Assembly (NCBI GenBank): GCA_047150005.1
Contig: AP038806.1
Span: 1,664,001 to 1,728,000, forward strand
Reading direction: 5' to 3'
From: Nitrospira sp.
GTDB lineage: Bacteria; Nitrospirota; Nitrospiria; Nitrospirales; Nitrospiraceae
Length of the DNA: 64,000 bases
Positions 18,999 through 28,883 of the stretch are shown piece by piece (positions within the stretch are counted from its first letter, which is position 1; each line of letters opens with the position of its first letter). A model generated the notes under the pieces. It was not told where the DNA came from. It saw nothing but the letters and a program-made list of their open reading frames with translations, and made no database searches. The translations under genes and the position numbers were made by a program.

Positions 18999-21356
18999 TC
19001 AACTCTGGGTATCGGCCCCCGAAAAGGGCAACACTTCCTGGTCGTCCTGGCCGATCGTGCCGTGGGCGGCAGCCTTGATGGTGCGGTAGAGCGATTCGGT
19101 CACTGATTCCTTCGTCAGCAGCGCATACGCCCCGGCTTCGCTCATCGAATCTCGTACCCGTCGAGACGCGTTGACCGAAAGCCCGATGACCACGCTCGGG
19201 AGGCTTCGGACGATGATTCTCGTGGCTTCGATGCCGTCCATCTTCGGCATGTTCACGTCCATGACGATGACACGCGGGATCAAATGCCTTGACAGTTCTA
19301 CGGCTTCCTCCCCGTTGCCCGCCTCGCCCACCACCTCGATGTCCGGATAGTCGCTGAGCAAGCTTCGGAGTCCCTCGCGCACCATAGTATGATCGTCGAC
19401 GAGCAGGACACGAATCGGTTGGGGTCCGCCGCCCTCGGCGATGTCGGCTTCGCGCCCCGATCGGCCCTCATGATCGGAGGCGGGCATATCGCGGTCCGTC
19501 CCCTGCTCCTCTGTTGACGCGGGGGACTCTCCGGGGGCAAGCGGAAGCGTGAACGTGGCCAGCGTGCCGGTTCCCGGCGAGGAGTCCAACGTAAAGGAGC
19601 CGCCGAGCGCGTGCATCCGTTCCCGCACGCTGAAGAGTCCGAGCTTGTCTTTGGCTTCCTGCTCCGAGATCTGGTCAAAGCCCGCTCCCTTGTCCTGAAC
19701 CGTCAAGATCAGGCTCCGGCCCTCGCAGTGCAGCGTGACGAAGGCCTCGTCGGTCTTGGCGTGCTTCACGACGTTCATCAACAGCTCCCTCGCCGATTGA
19801 AAGAGCAAACCCGCTTGATCCGCCGAAAGCGGTGGCGCCTCAGGCGGCGCCTCCACCGTGACGCCGAGGCCGTGGCGGCGGAACTCTTCGCCGAGCCACG
19901 ACAGCGCGGCGGACAGGCCGAATTGCTGCAACACCGGGGGGGCCAACTGCGCAACCAGGGAGCGTGTGTAGGTCAAGGACTCATCGAGCGCCTGATCGGC
20001 CTCCGTCAGCTGCTCGCGCGACTCACCCTGCCCGATTCGCTGGAGGGCCTGACCGATCTTCATACGCCCCACGACCAGCAGCTGGGCCAGATAGTCGTGC
20101 AGTTCCCCCGCGAGCCGCCGCCGTTCCCGCTGTTCGGTCAGATTGAGTTCGGACGTCAGCGCGCGCAGTCGACGCTGGGACTCCGTCAACGCTTTCGTCC
20201 GCTCCTCGACCCGCTGTTCCAGATTCAGCGTCAGTCTCAGCAGCGCCGCCTCGGCTTCCTTGCGTTCCGTGATGTCCTCCACCACCACGATGGTCCGCGC
20301 CGGTCCTCCCGCCGCGTCGCGGATCAGACGAGCCGACACACGGACCCACCGGACGTCGCCGTCCTGGCGCAGATAGCGGTTCTCACAGTGATATTCGTCC
20401 ACCTCGCCGCGCAGCAGCCGCTCGACCTGTGGATCGTCGACGGACCGGTCGTCGGGATGCGTGAGATCGTGAGGCGTCATCCCCATCAAGGAGGCGGCGG
20501 GATAGCCGGCGATGTCGCAAAACCGGTCGTTCACGCGGATGAATCGGCCGGTGGTGACGCTAACCTGCGCCTGTCCGACGGCGGCCAGTTCGAAGTTGAT
20601 CCGAAACTGGGCCTCGCTTTGCAACAAGGCCTCCTCCGACAGTTTGCGATCGGTGATGTCGGAAAACACGCCCACGAACCGCTGCGCGCGGCCGGATCCG
20701 TCGTAGAGGAAGCGCCCGTACGGCGCGATCCAACGGATCTCGCCGGTGTCCCGGCGGATGATCCGATGCTCGTGTCGATAAATCGATCGTCCTTTCAGCG
20801 CGTGCGTGACCTCGGCGGCGGCCTGGTCCGCATCGGCCGGATGCACCGCAGCCTTCCACAGGGCTTCGCCGGAGGCCGGCGCCGGAGGCTGATAGCCGAG
20901 AAGCTCATAGGCCCGCTCGTTCCAGACGGTCCTGCGCGACGGCATATCCTGGTCCCACATGCCGAGGCCGGCACTGTCGAGGGCCATCCGCAGGCGTTCC
21001 TGGCTCTCCAGCAGCGCCGACTCCTGGCGGCGGGCCCGCGCCAGCAGCAGCGCAATGATCCAGACGAGACTGATGCCGATGCCTCGATTGAGAGCCGCGG
21101 TCGACGCGGAGAGTCCGGATTCGGACAGCAGGAAATTGACGATGATGAGGCCCATCGTCAGCCCGGCGCCGCGGTAGACGACTCGCGCGTCGAAGGGGCT
21201 TAGGTGCGACAGAAGCCACAGTGGAAAGAGATAGAGGAGCCAGACCGCGTTGCCGAGCGGAAGCATGAGGTCGAGCCAAGCGATGCCGGCATACAGGGCG
21301 GCGATCGCCGCATATGTCCCATAGCGTCCCACTCTGTGTGTATGGGGCTTATCCAT
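18999..21356 (-). CDS. hybrid sensor kinase (4TM, 2xPAS, HisKA_3, HATPase, REC)
   Basis: [17 protein letters not shown]-box, RELLMNVVKHA, DKGAGFD, C-terminal VLLVDDH REC; start MDKPH. Confidence 0.9.
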   Translation of the reverse strand: MDKPHTHRVGRYGTYAAIAALYAGIAWLDLMLPLGNAVWLLYLFPLWLLSHLSPFDARVVYRGAGLTMGLIIVNFLLSESGLSASTAALNRGIGISLVWIIALLLARARRQESALLESQERLRMALDSAGLGMWDQDMPSRRTVWNERAYELLGYQPPAPASGEALWKAAVHPADADQAAAEVTHALKGRSIYRHEHRIIRRDTGEIRWIAPYGRFLYDGSGRAQRFVGVFSDITDRKLSEEALLQSEAQFRINFELAAVGQAQVSVTTGRFIRVNDRFCDIAGYPAASLMGMTPHDLTHPDDRSVDDPQVERLLRGEVDEYHCENRYLRQDGDVRWVRVSARLIRDAAGGPARTIVVVEDITERKEAEAALLRLTLNLEQRVEERTKALTESQRRLRALTSELNLTEQRERRRLAGELHDYLAQLLVVGRMKIGQALQRIGQGESREQLTEADQALDESLTYTRSLVAQLAPPVLQQFGLSAALSWLGEEFRRHGLGVTVEAPPEAPPLSADQAGLLFQSARELLMNVVKHAKTDEAFVTLHCEGRSLILTVQDKGAGFDQISEQEAKDKLGLFSVRERMHALGGSFTLDSSPGTGTLATFTLPLAPGESPASTEEQGTDRDMPASDHEGRSGREADIAEGGGPQPIRVLLVDDHTMVREGLRSLLSDYPDIEVVGEAGNGEEAVELSRHLIPRVIVMDVNMPKMDGIEATRIIVRSLPSVVIGLSVNASRRVRDSMSEAGAYALLTKESVTESLYRTIKAAAHGTIGQDDQEVLPFSGADTQS

Positions 21357-21495
21357 CGGCGGGTCACGGCACCTTCTTGAGGGAAGCCGGCCGGCTCCTT
21401 TCCCGGGCAACTCTACCGCTAATCGTCGGCGGATAGCGAGTGAGGGCCGACGCCCGATCGGCGTCGAGACAAGCCACCGATGGGGGATGAAGCGT

Positions 21496-24417
21496 CTACC
21501 GCCCCTCCACCAAGGCCTCGATGGTTTCGTAGAGATGATCGGCCGCACTTTCTTTGGTCAGGAAGGCCACGGCTCCTGCCGCTTTCATGGCACTGACCAC
21601 GTGTTCGGCTTCGTTCACCGAAAGCCCGACGATCAAAGTATCGGGTCGGTCCGTTCTGATCCGCCTGGTCGCCTCGATGCCGTCGAGCCTTGGGAGGTTG
21701 ACGTCCATCACGATCAGGTCAGGATGCAGCAGTTTGGCCAGCGTCACGGCCTCCTCGCCGTCGCCCGCTTCGGCGATGATCGTCAAGTCCGAATAGGCGT
21801 CCAAGACGCTGCGCAATCCCTGACGGACCATCGCGTGATCATCCACCAGCAGGACGCGAATGGGAGACGGGTGGTTGGAGGCATGGGGAGATCCCGATTC
21901 GAGAGGGACGGACGGCGAAGCGACCGCGTCCGGGCCGGAGACCCCGCCCCGGGGTCCGGCGGGCTGCGCCGCTGCCGGCCGGCCCGGGGGAACGTCGGCC
22001 GACAGACCCAGCGTCACCATGGTGCCGCCCCCCGCCTTCGATTCCAATTCCATCCATCCGCCGAGAGCTTCCATGCGCTCACGAACGCTGAACAATCCGA
22101 ACTTATCGCCTCGGGACTCCATGACGGCCTCCGGATCGCAACCGTACCCTTCATCCCGCACGACGATCTGCATCCTGCCTCGATCGTCCTGTGTCATGCG
22201 GACCGCGGCCGCCTTCGTTCCGGCATGCTTCAACACATTGAACAGCAACTCGCGGACACATTGGTAGAGGAGCGCCGTGTGGTCTTCCGGCAAGGACGGC
22301 GTCACCGCCGGCACATCGACGTCCACGCGCAGGCCTTGATGTCTCATCTGTTCGCCGAGCCAGCGCAATCCCGGGGCCAGGCCGAACTGCCGGAGCGTCG
22401 GTGGCATGAGTTCGGCGACCAGCGTGCGCGTATAGGTCAGGCATTGATCGATGAGACCGTCGGCCTCGTCCAAGACGGCGGAGGCCGGTTGTGTCGAGAG
22501 CATCTTGTCGGCTTGCCGGATCTTCAAACGGGTTACCACCAGCATCTGCGCCAAATAATCGTGCAACTCCTCCGCAATACGCTGGCGTTCCCGCTGTTCC
22601 GTCAGCGTCAGATCATGGGCAAGGGCGCGAAGGCGGTCGTGAGTGTGCACCAGCTCCTTGGTGCGCGCACCGATTCGCCGCTCCAGCTCGCGCGTCCATT
22701 CAAGCCGTCGCGACTCGGTTTCCCTGCGTTCGGTCACGTCGAAGGCCGCGCCGGCGAACCGGGCCGGATTGCCGGCGTCGTCATAATGGATACGACCGAA
22801 CGAGGCCAGCCAACGGCTTTCTCCGGTATCGGCCCGCCGGATGCGGTGCTCGCAGCGGTAAAAGCCGCGGCTCCGTCGTGCAGCCGACACGGCCTCGCGC
22901 ACGGCCGGCCGGTCTTCCTTGAGCACCAGGTTCCACCATTGCCGGGCGGAGGCGGTACAGGCGTCCGACGAGTACCCCAGCAGCTGCGCGTTCTGTCGGT
23001 CCCACACCATCCGGCCGGTTCTGAGATCGACGTCCCAGGTGCCCATGCCGGCTCCTTCCGTCGCAAAGCGGAGTCGTTCTTCGCTCTCGGCAAGCTGGGC
23101 GGCCCGCTGCCGGGCCTCCTGGAGCAGGCGGCGGCGCTCCTTGGCCATGGCGACGGAATGGGACACGGCTTCCAACAGGTCGAGTTCGTCGGACTCGAAC
23201 GACGAGCGGCGGCGGCTGGCGAAGGCGAGCGTACCGAGCAGGCGGTTCCCGACGATGAGAGGAAAACAGGCATACGCATTGGATCCCGCTGCCTGCATCC
23301 GGAGCGCTTTGGGATCGGAGACGGTTTGCAGATGCTCGATGACGATCGGTTGCCGCGATTCGGCCGACGTGCCGCACAGGGCTTGGCCGAATTTTAGAAA
23401 CTGGAGCGGCGCCAGCGCGTGTTCGGGGATGCCGGCCCAGGTGGACAATTCGATGCCGTCGAGCTCCGGCCGCGTGTCGTAATCCAGGAACGTGTCGAGT
23501 TCCAACGTCGAGCGCAGCGAGGCAAAGATCTCGTGCATCACCCGGGCCGGATCGTCCATCCGCAGCAGCCTGTCCATGGCGTCGCTCAGGAGTTGCTGCC
23601 GCACGGCATAGTTGCGCAATTCCAATTCCGCCCGCTTGCGCGCGTCGATATCTTCCACGACGCCGATCAACGATTGGATCCGACCCCCTGCATCCCATTG
23701 GATCGAGAGCGTCAGCGTGGTCCAGATCGTCCGCCCGTCAGGCCGCAATAGACGCTGGTCCAAGGAGACCTCGGCGAGCCCTCCCAGGAGCAGCTTGCCC
23801 ACCTGCGCGTCATGTTCCTCCCGATCCCCTGGGTGAGTCAGATCGCGAAGCTCTCGCTCCATGAACTCCCGCTCGGTCCGTCCGGCAATGACGCCCAATC
23901 GGTTGTTGACCCGGAGGAATCGACCGTCCGGGCCCAGTACACACATGCCGACTGCGGCTTGTTCGAAGAGGCCGCGGAACTGTTCCTCGCTCCGGCGAAG
24001 TCGCGCGAGCAGGCCTTCGTTCTCCCGTTGCCGCGCGCGCAAGCGCAGCAGGGACCGCACACCCGCGAGCAGCTCCGGCTCTTCGATCGGCTCAACCAGG
24101 TAGCCGTCGGAGCCCATCTCCAGGCCGAGAGCCCGGTCCGATCGGCTGACCTCGGCCGCCGAGACGTGCAAGACCATTGTGTCGGACAGCTCCGGGCGGT
24201 TCTTGATCTGCCGGCACAGGTCGAAGCCGCTGATGTCGGGCAGATCGATGTCGAGCAGCACCAATTCCGGACGAACGTCCTGGAGCAAGCGCAGCGCGTC
24301 CGCACCGCAATCTGCATCGAGAACCCGGTACCCGGCGCGTTCGAGCATGCTCCGCCGTTCGTACCGTTGCCCTTTGCCTTCATTGACGTTGACGATGGTG
24401 GCTTGGAAGTCGCTCAT
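21496..24417 (-). CDS. hybrid sensor kinase (REC, PAS, GAF, PAS, HisKA_3, HATPase, REC)
   Basis: N-terminal REC (LLDIDLPD), GAF (FGQALCG), [20 protein letters not shown]-terminal REC. Confidence 0.9.
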   Translation of the reverse strand: MSDFQATIVNVNEGKGQRYERRSMLERAGYRVLDADCGADALRLLQDVRPELVLLDIDLPDISGFDLCRQIKNRPELSDTMVLHVSAAEVSRSDRALGLEMGSDGYLVEPIEEPELLAGVRSLLRLRARQRENEGLLARLRRSEEQFRGLFEQAAVGMCVLGPDGRFLRVNNRLGVIAGRTEREFMERELRDLTHPGDREEHDAQVGKLLLGGLAEVSLDQRLLRPDGRTIWTTLTLSIQWDAGGRIQSLIGVVEDIDARKRAELELRNYAVRQQLLSDAMDRLLRMDDPARVMHEIFASLRSTLELDTFLDYDTRPELDGIELSTWAGIPEHALAPLQFLKFGQALCGTSAESRQPIVIEHLQTVSDPKALRMQAAGSNAYACFPLIVGNRLLGTLAFASRRRSSFESDELDLLEAVSHSVAMAKERRRLLQEARQRAAQLAESEERLRFATEGAGMGTWDVDLRTGRMVWDRQNAQLLGYSSDACTASARQWWNLVLKEDRPAVREAVSAARRSRGFYRCEHRIRRADTGESRWLASFGRIHYDDAGNPARFAGAAFDVTERRETESRRLEWTRELERRIGARTKELVHTHDRLRALAHDLTLTEQRERQRIAEELHDYLAQMLVVTRLKIRQADKMLSTQPASAVLDEADGLIDQCLTYTRTLVAELMPPTLRQFGLAPGLRWLGEQMRHQGLRVDVDVPAVTPSLPEDHTALLYQCVRELLFNVLKHAGTKAAAVRMTQDDRGRMQIVVRDEGYGCDPEAVMESRGDKFGLFSVRERMEALGGWMELESKAGGGTMVTLGLSADVPPGRPAAAQPAGPRGGVSGPDAVASPSVPLESGSPHASNHPSPIRVLLVDDHAMVRQGLRSVLDAYSDLTIIAEAGDGEEAVTLAKLLHPDLIVMDVNLPRLDGIEATRRIRTDRPDTLIVGLSVNEAEHVVSAMKAAGAVAFLTKESAADHLYETIEALVEGR

Positions 24418-24521
24418 GACAGGCTTGGCCTTATCCGTAGTGCGTCCGACGGGGAACCGGCGTTCCCGTTATTTACAGAGGAAAGCCAGTAAGAGTAAAA
24501 GCCGCTTGGTCTCCCTGGCTA

Positions 24522-24537
24522 CTAGTGGAATCCCTAG
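24522..24537. promoter_or_regulatory. 16-bp palindromic box upstream of the hybrid kinase
   Basis: CTAGTGGAATCCCTAG. Confidence 0.6.
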
Positions 24538-24603
24538 GTTCGGGGGAGCCGGTGCTCATGCGCGATTCACATGAATCGGAAGAGGGATGGAAGAGGACTG
24601 GAG

Positions 24604-24987
24604 TCATTTCGGCGGGGGCGGCGGCTCATGGACTTCGGCCGGCAAGGCCTCAATGACTTTCACGGCGCGGCCCTCATCGTCGAGTTGGATGGTGATGCGG
24701 TCTCCGATCGACAGGTGTACGAACAGATCGGGTCTGGTGAGACGAAAGAAGACGGGCTTGTCGAGGTCCGTGGTGAGGATCCCCTTCCCCACCTCAACGT
24801 CCAACATGCTGAGGGTGCCTGAAATCGTGTGGGTGTCCGACGGCGCGTCGAGCGCCGTCCTTATCCCGTCTGCCGCATAGGTGGAGTCAGCCGGCGCGGT
24901 AATCACGGATCCGACCGTAAGCCATGCGACGGCGATGGCGCCAAGCACTGTGCCCGTGCGATGTCCCGGCCGTCCGACGGTCGACAT
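24604..24987 (-). CDS. secreted OB-fold-like protein (paralog of 33099-33500)
   Basis: Signal peptide; SGTLSMLD...GKGILTTDL...GDRITIQLD..GRAVKV. Confidence 0.7.
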   Translation of the reverse strand: MSTVGRPGHRTGTVLGAIAVAWLTVGSVITAPADSTYAADGIRTALDAPSDTHTISGTLSMLDVEVGKGILTTDLDKPVFFRLTRPDLFVHLSIGDRITIQLDDEGRAVKVIEALPAEVHEPPPPPK

Positions 24988-25009
24988 GTCAGGTCGCCTC
25001 GTCCACCCG

Positions 25010-25273
25010 TCATGCGGCCGGCAGTGTGACGGCATAGACGCCGCCCTGCTTCGGCAATAATCGAAGCTCGCCCGTGCGGCTCAGACGATCGACTTCCAGA
25101 AACACCTGGTTCCAGGTGTAGGAGGAACACGCTCGTACCAGATCCTCCATCTCGCACACCTGTGTCCGTTTCACCGTCTCGAGAATGCGGTCGGTGATGT
25201 CGGACTTCAGTTTCGTCGTCGCCACAGACGCCGCGGAGGACACGGATGAGATGGATGCAGAAGGTTGGTCCAT
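25010..25273 (-). CDS. small hypothetical protein, winged-helix-like
   Basis: ITDRILETV...YTWNQVFLEVDRLSRTGEL; GAGGGA RBS. Confidence 0.7.
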   Translation of the reverse strand: MDQPSASISSVSSAASVATTKLKSDITDRILETVKRTQVCEMEDLVRACSSYTWNQVFLEVDRLSRTGELRLLPKQGGVYAVTLPAA

Positions 25274-25348
25274 AATGGGTCCCTCCCTCTTCGCGCGTAG
25301 AGGGTCGCTCCACAGCAACACGTTACGCCGCCCCGAGGCTTTGACCTA

Positions 25349-25364
25349 CTGGGAAGACCCCTAG
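25349..25364. promoter_or_regulatory. 16-bp palindromic box
   Basis: CTGGGAAGACCCCTAG. Confidence 0.65.
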
Positions 25365-25580
25365 CCGGACTGGGTGTGAGCCCGCACACTGATGATAGAG
25401 TCCGTCCGGTCGGAGAGCGTCCCTTGGCGGGATTTTTGCTGGGCTTGTAGGAGACTGCTTGCGCACCGAGATCCGAGAACGAATCACCTGATGAGTCGTG
25501 TCACTATGGGTGGGCCTCTTCATCGAAAAGATCAGCCGAAGGCGGGTGCGGAGGCCGGCCGCTCCCCCGGAACGGGTCTC

Positions 25581-26612
25581 ATGCAGGAGCCGCGGGTTTC
25601 CTTCGGCTGTCAGGTGTGCCGGGCAAGCCGATGGTCGCTGGTCTGCTCGTCCGGGGAGCTTGCTGAGCAACGACGGCTTCTGGAGCGATTCTATCGCCGA
25701 CGCTGGCTCATGCAGTCATCGGCGACGTCGGAAGACCGCTGGCTCTTCACGCAGAACTATTTGGCCAGTCTCGTGGCCTGCCTGGAGTGTGGATTGCTGT
25801 ATCGGAATCCCCGTCCCAGGCCCGAAGCCATTATGCGAGCCTACCAAACTGAACGATACGACGGCGCTGATCTCGAAGCAGCATTCACTGCCCAACGACA
25901 CTGGTTTCGGCCCAAGGCTGCTGCCCTGCTCAATTATCTGCCGGCCGGAGCCACCGGCACCTCCCGGATTCTTGAGGTCGGTAGTTTTGTCGGAGGGTTT
26001 CTGGCGGAAGGGCGGGCGCTCGGCTGGGACATGTTGGGCCTGGACCCGGACCGGACTGTGGCCGACTTTTGTCGGCGGCAGGGACTGCCGATTGTGCAAG
26101 GCACCGTCGAGGACGCGGGGCTGTCGCCGAGCTCCTTCGATGCGATTACCATCTGGAACGCCTTCGGTCAACTCCTCGATCCTCAAGCCCTGCTTTGTTC
26201 CGTCGCCCCGCTCCTACGGCGCCGTGGAGTGCTCGTGATCCGGATTCCGAACGGCGCGTGCTTCGAATGGGCGATGACGCTTCGAGCGAAACTCTCCAAG
26301 AGGTGGCGGCGACCATTGGATGCCGCGTTGGCCTGGAACAACCTCCTGACCTTTCCCTACCTGTATGGATACTCTCCTGCCGGGCTCGCCAGCTTGGTGG
26401 GGTCGTTCGGCTTGACCTTGCGATCCTGTCATCCCGATACGTTGCCCTCCGTCCCGGCCGGCCATCTGAAATGGTGGACCGGACTCGAAGCGCACGTCGT
26501 CAAAGGCTGTTGGCGCGCCGCCCGTGCGGTCTCCCGGCAACCAGCCGGCGGGGACTTTCATCTTGCGCCTTGGCTCGATGTCTATTTTGAACGGAACGAA
26601 ACGGCGGGCTAG
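25581..26612 (+). CDS. class I SAM-dependent methyltransferase with N-terminal Zn ribbon
   Basis: CQVC...CLECGLLY; ILEVGSFVGGF SAM motif I; SFDAITIWN; start uncertain. Confidence 0.75.
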   Translation: MQEPRVSFGCQVCRASRWSLVCSSGELAEQRRLLERFYRRRWLMQSSATSEDRWLFTQNYLASLVACLECGLLYRNPRPRPEAIMRAYQTERYDGADLEAAFTAQRHWFRPKAAALLNYLPAGATGTSRILEVGSFVGGFLAEGRALGWDMLGLDPDRTVADFCRRQGLPIVQGTVEDAGLSPSSFDAITIWNAFGQLLDPQALLCSVAPLLRRRGVLVIRIPNGACFEWAMTLRAKLSKRWRRPLDAALAWNNLLTFPYLYGYSPAGLASLVGSFGLTLRSCHPDTLPSVPAGHLKWWTGLEAHVVKGCWRAARAVSRQPAGGDFHLAPWLDVYFERNETAG

Positions 26613-26624
26613 GGCTTCTCCCAG
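26609..26624. promoter_or_regulatory. 16-bp palindromic box overlapping the methyltransferase stop
   Basis: CTAGGGCTTCTCCCAG. Confidence 0.5.
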
Positions 26625-26835
26625 TGTACGGTCCCCCGGCGGGTGAGTCAGACTGCTTCGTATGATCGCGATTTATTACCTTCCTCGCCGAGACACCGTA
26701 GAGGATGGCTTATCGTGAAGTGTCTCGATGACCTCGTTTATTCGATCGGTTTGTCGGACTGACCAGCAGAGCGTTCTGGACGCGTCGACGCGGTGGAGCG
26801 GCCGGCGCGTCCGACGACGTAACCAAGCAGTTTGA

Positions 26836-27048
26836 TCATGGCCGGCGGTCGGCTCGGGCCGCCCCCGCCAGCGCAAAAAGCGGCGTACGTCCGAGTTTCA
26901 TCCGGTTTCTGCTCGGTGGTGCCGGGCGAGGCGTCAGGATGCGCATATCGGTGATTGCGCCGCAATTGACACAACGAAAACCATCGCACTGTAAGGGCCC
27001 ATAGAAGTAATCGAAGACTTTAAAACCACCGCATCGTTCACAATTCAT
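26836..27048 (-). CDS. small CxxC...CxxC zinc-ribbon protein
   Basis: MNCERCGG...GFRCVNCGAITD; GGAG RBS; sigma54 promoter upstream. Confidence 0.7.
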   Translation of the reverse strand: MNCERCGGFKVFDYFYGPLQCDGFRCVNCGAITDMRILTPRPAPPSRNRMKLGRTPLFALAGAARADRRP

Positions 27049-27152
27049 GCTGATGTCTCCTCTCCAAAGGGTGCATTGCTCGGCGAGTTGGTCGATCGAG
27101 GTGGAAATCCCTCTGCCGACGATCAGACGCTACGCCCTGGTCATCGCGGGGA

Positions 27153-27262
27153 AGCACAAAGATTGCCAGGGCGATGAACCTATGAAAATTCTACGGCTTA
27201 CGTCAGATCGTTATGCCGGACAGTGGATGGCGGCACCTTCCGATGCGGGACAACTTGTCCCG
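27153..27262 (-). promoter_or_regulatory. sigma54 promoter plus GACA-N3-TGTC enhancer box
   Basis: Minus strand CTGGCAATCTTTGTGCT (27153-27169); palindrome CGGGACAACTTGTCCCG (27246-27262). Confidence 0.65.
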
Positions 27263-27279
27263 AGGGAGGGCATAACGTG

Positions 27280-28866
27280 ATGCAGAACTCCAGACCGATG
27301 CACTCGATACTGTTCCCCAACAAGTTGACCACCGTCATCCTGCTGGTCGTGATGACGGTCGCCACGTTCGCGGCCGACCGGTACTTTTCTTTGGGAGCGG
27401 GGATCTGGGTGCTCTACTTCGTGCCGGTCGTGCTGACGACCCAGCTGCTGCCGCAATACACCGGGATCGCTCTGGCGGTCGGAAGCGCTCTGCTGTTGGC
27501 GGGCATGATCGATCCGAAGGAGGGTCTGGTCTACCAGCCGGCGGTCGCCAATCGGGGGCTGGGACTCATCGTGCTGGTCGTTACCGGCCTCTTTCTGTTG
27601 CAGCATCGCCGTACCGTGGAAGCCTTACGGGCCAGCGAAGGTCGATATCAACTGTTGTTGGCGCAGCACGGGCGCGCGAGGGCCGAGGCGGCACTCCAAG
27701 CGGTGCAGGAACGATTCAAGAGCATTTTTTATTCGTCTCATGATGCGATCGCCTATGCCACGTTCGATGGGACGCTCCTGGAAGTCAACGACGCGTTTCT
27801 CCGTCTGTCAGGAGGGACGCGGGAGGACTTGATCGGGTCGGTACCCGCGTCTGCGTCACTGTGGGCCGCCTTGTCGCTGCCGGTCGAACGTCTGCAGCAT
27901 GTGCGGGAAACCGGAGTACCGATCTCCTATGAAACACAATACCGACCGGATGAGCGGCCGCCTGAGTATCTGAACGTCCATGCGTTCGCGGTCGCGGCTC
28001 CGGACGGTACGCCATCCGGCCTCGCGATGATGATTCGCAACATCACCGCGAGAAAGCAGGCCGAGACGGACCTGCAACGGGCCGGAGAAGAACTGCGGGC
28101 CAAGAACGAAGCCCTCGCCCGGACCAACGAGATCCTTTCGGCCGTCCAACATGCTGCGGCGAGGGCGCAGCGGTTGTCGGCCATCGGGCAGTTCGCCGCG
28201 ACGGTCGCCCATAAGATCGGGACGCCGTTGACGGCCTTGTCCGGACACGTGCAGCTGCTCATGGAGGACCTGTCCCTGCCGTCCAAGGTGCGGGGCCGGC
28301 TGCAGACGGTGGAAGCGCAGATCGAGCGCACCTCGTGCATCATCCAGGATCTGCTCCTGTACGCGCGCCGCGCGCCGCCCGTCCGGACGCGGACCGACAT
28401 GAACGAATGTCTCGAGGACTGCGTGACGTTGTTCAAGACCGAATGCGATCGTCTGCACGTCGCCTGCATCGCCGAATTGGCGGATGATCTTCCGTCGGTC
28501 GAAGTGGATCGCCAACAGATGCAGGAGGCCGTCAATCATCTGATCGAAAACGCCCTGCAGGCGATGCCCAACGGAGGATCGCTGTGCTTGCGGACGCGCG
28601 CAGTCGAGGGAGCGGCGATTCGGCGCGGATCGTCCCGATCGATGGGAGTCGCGGTCGAGATCGTCGATACGGGCCAGGGCATCAATCCCGATCATCGGAC
28701 GCAGATTTTTCAGCCGTTTTTCACCACCAAGCAGGCGGGCCGCGGCACCGGTCTTGGACTGGCCATCGTGCAGGAAACGGTGCGGGCTCACGAAGGACGC
28801 GTCACGGTCGAAAGCGAGCCGGGAAAAGGAACCAGCTTCGTGATGTACCTCCCGGCGGCGGAATAA
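27280..28866 (+). CDS. membrane sensor histidine kinase (4TM, PAS, HisKA, HATPase)
   Basis: TM helices, PAS, AHKIGTP H-box variant, ENALQAM, DTGQG, FFTTK, GTGLGL. Confidence 0.88.
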   Translation: MQNSRPMHSILFPNKLTTVILLVVMTVATFAADRYFSLGAGIWVLYFVPVVLTTQLLPQYTGIALAVGSALLLAGMIDPKEGLVYQPAVANRGLGLIVLVVTGLFLLQHRRTVEALRASEGRYQLLLAQHGRARAEAALQAVQERFKSIFYSSHDAIAYATFDGTLLEVNDAFLRLSGGTREDLIGSVPASASLWAALSLPVERLQHVRETGVPISYETQYRPDERPPEYLNVHAFAVAAPDGTPSGLAMMIRNITARKQAETDLQRAGEELRAKNEALARTNEILSAVQHAAARAQRLSAIGQFAATVAHKIGTPLTALSGHVQLLMEDLSLPSKVRGRLQTVEAQIERTSCIIQDLLLYARRAPPVRTRTDMNECLEDCVTLFKTECDRLHVACIAELADDLPSVEVDRQQMQEAVNHLIENALQAMPNGGSLCLRTRAVEGAAIRRGSSRSMGVAVEIVDTGQGINPDHRTQIFQPFFTTKQAGRGTGLGLAIVQETVRAHEGRVTVESEPGKGTSFVMYLPAAE

Positions 28867-28883
28867 ATGGAATGGAGAAATTC

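Noticed and set aside
2313..23397. Other long antisense ORFs (2313-3884, 7185-8603, 8772-10469, 14315-16222, 19611-21203, 21487-23397)
   Set aside because: Each lies opposite a well-supported gene and has no recognisable domain
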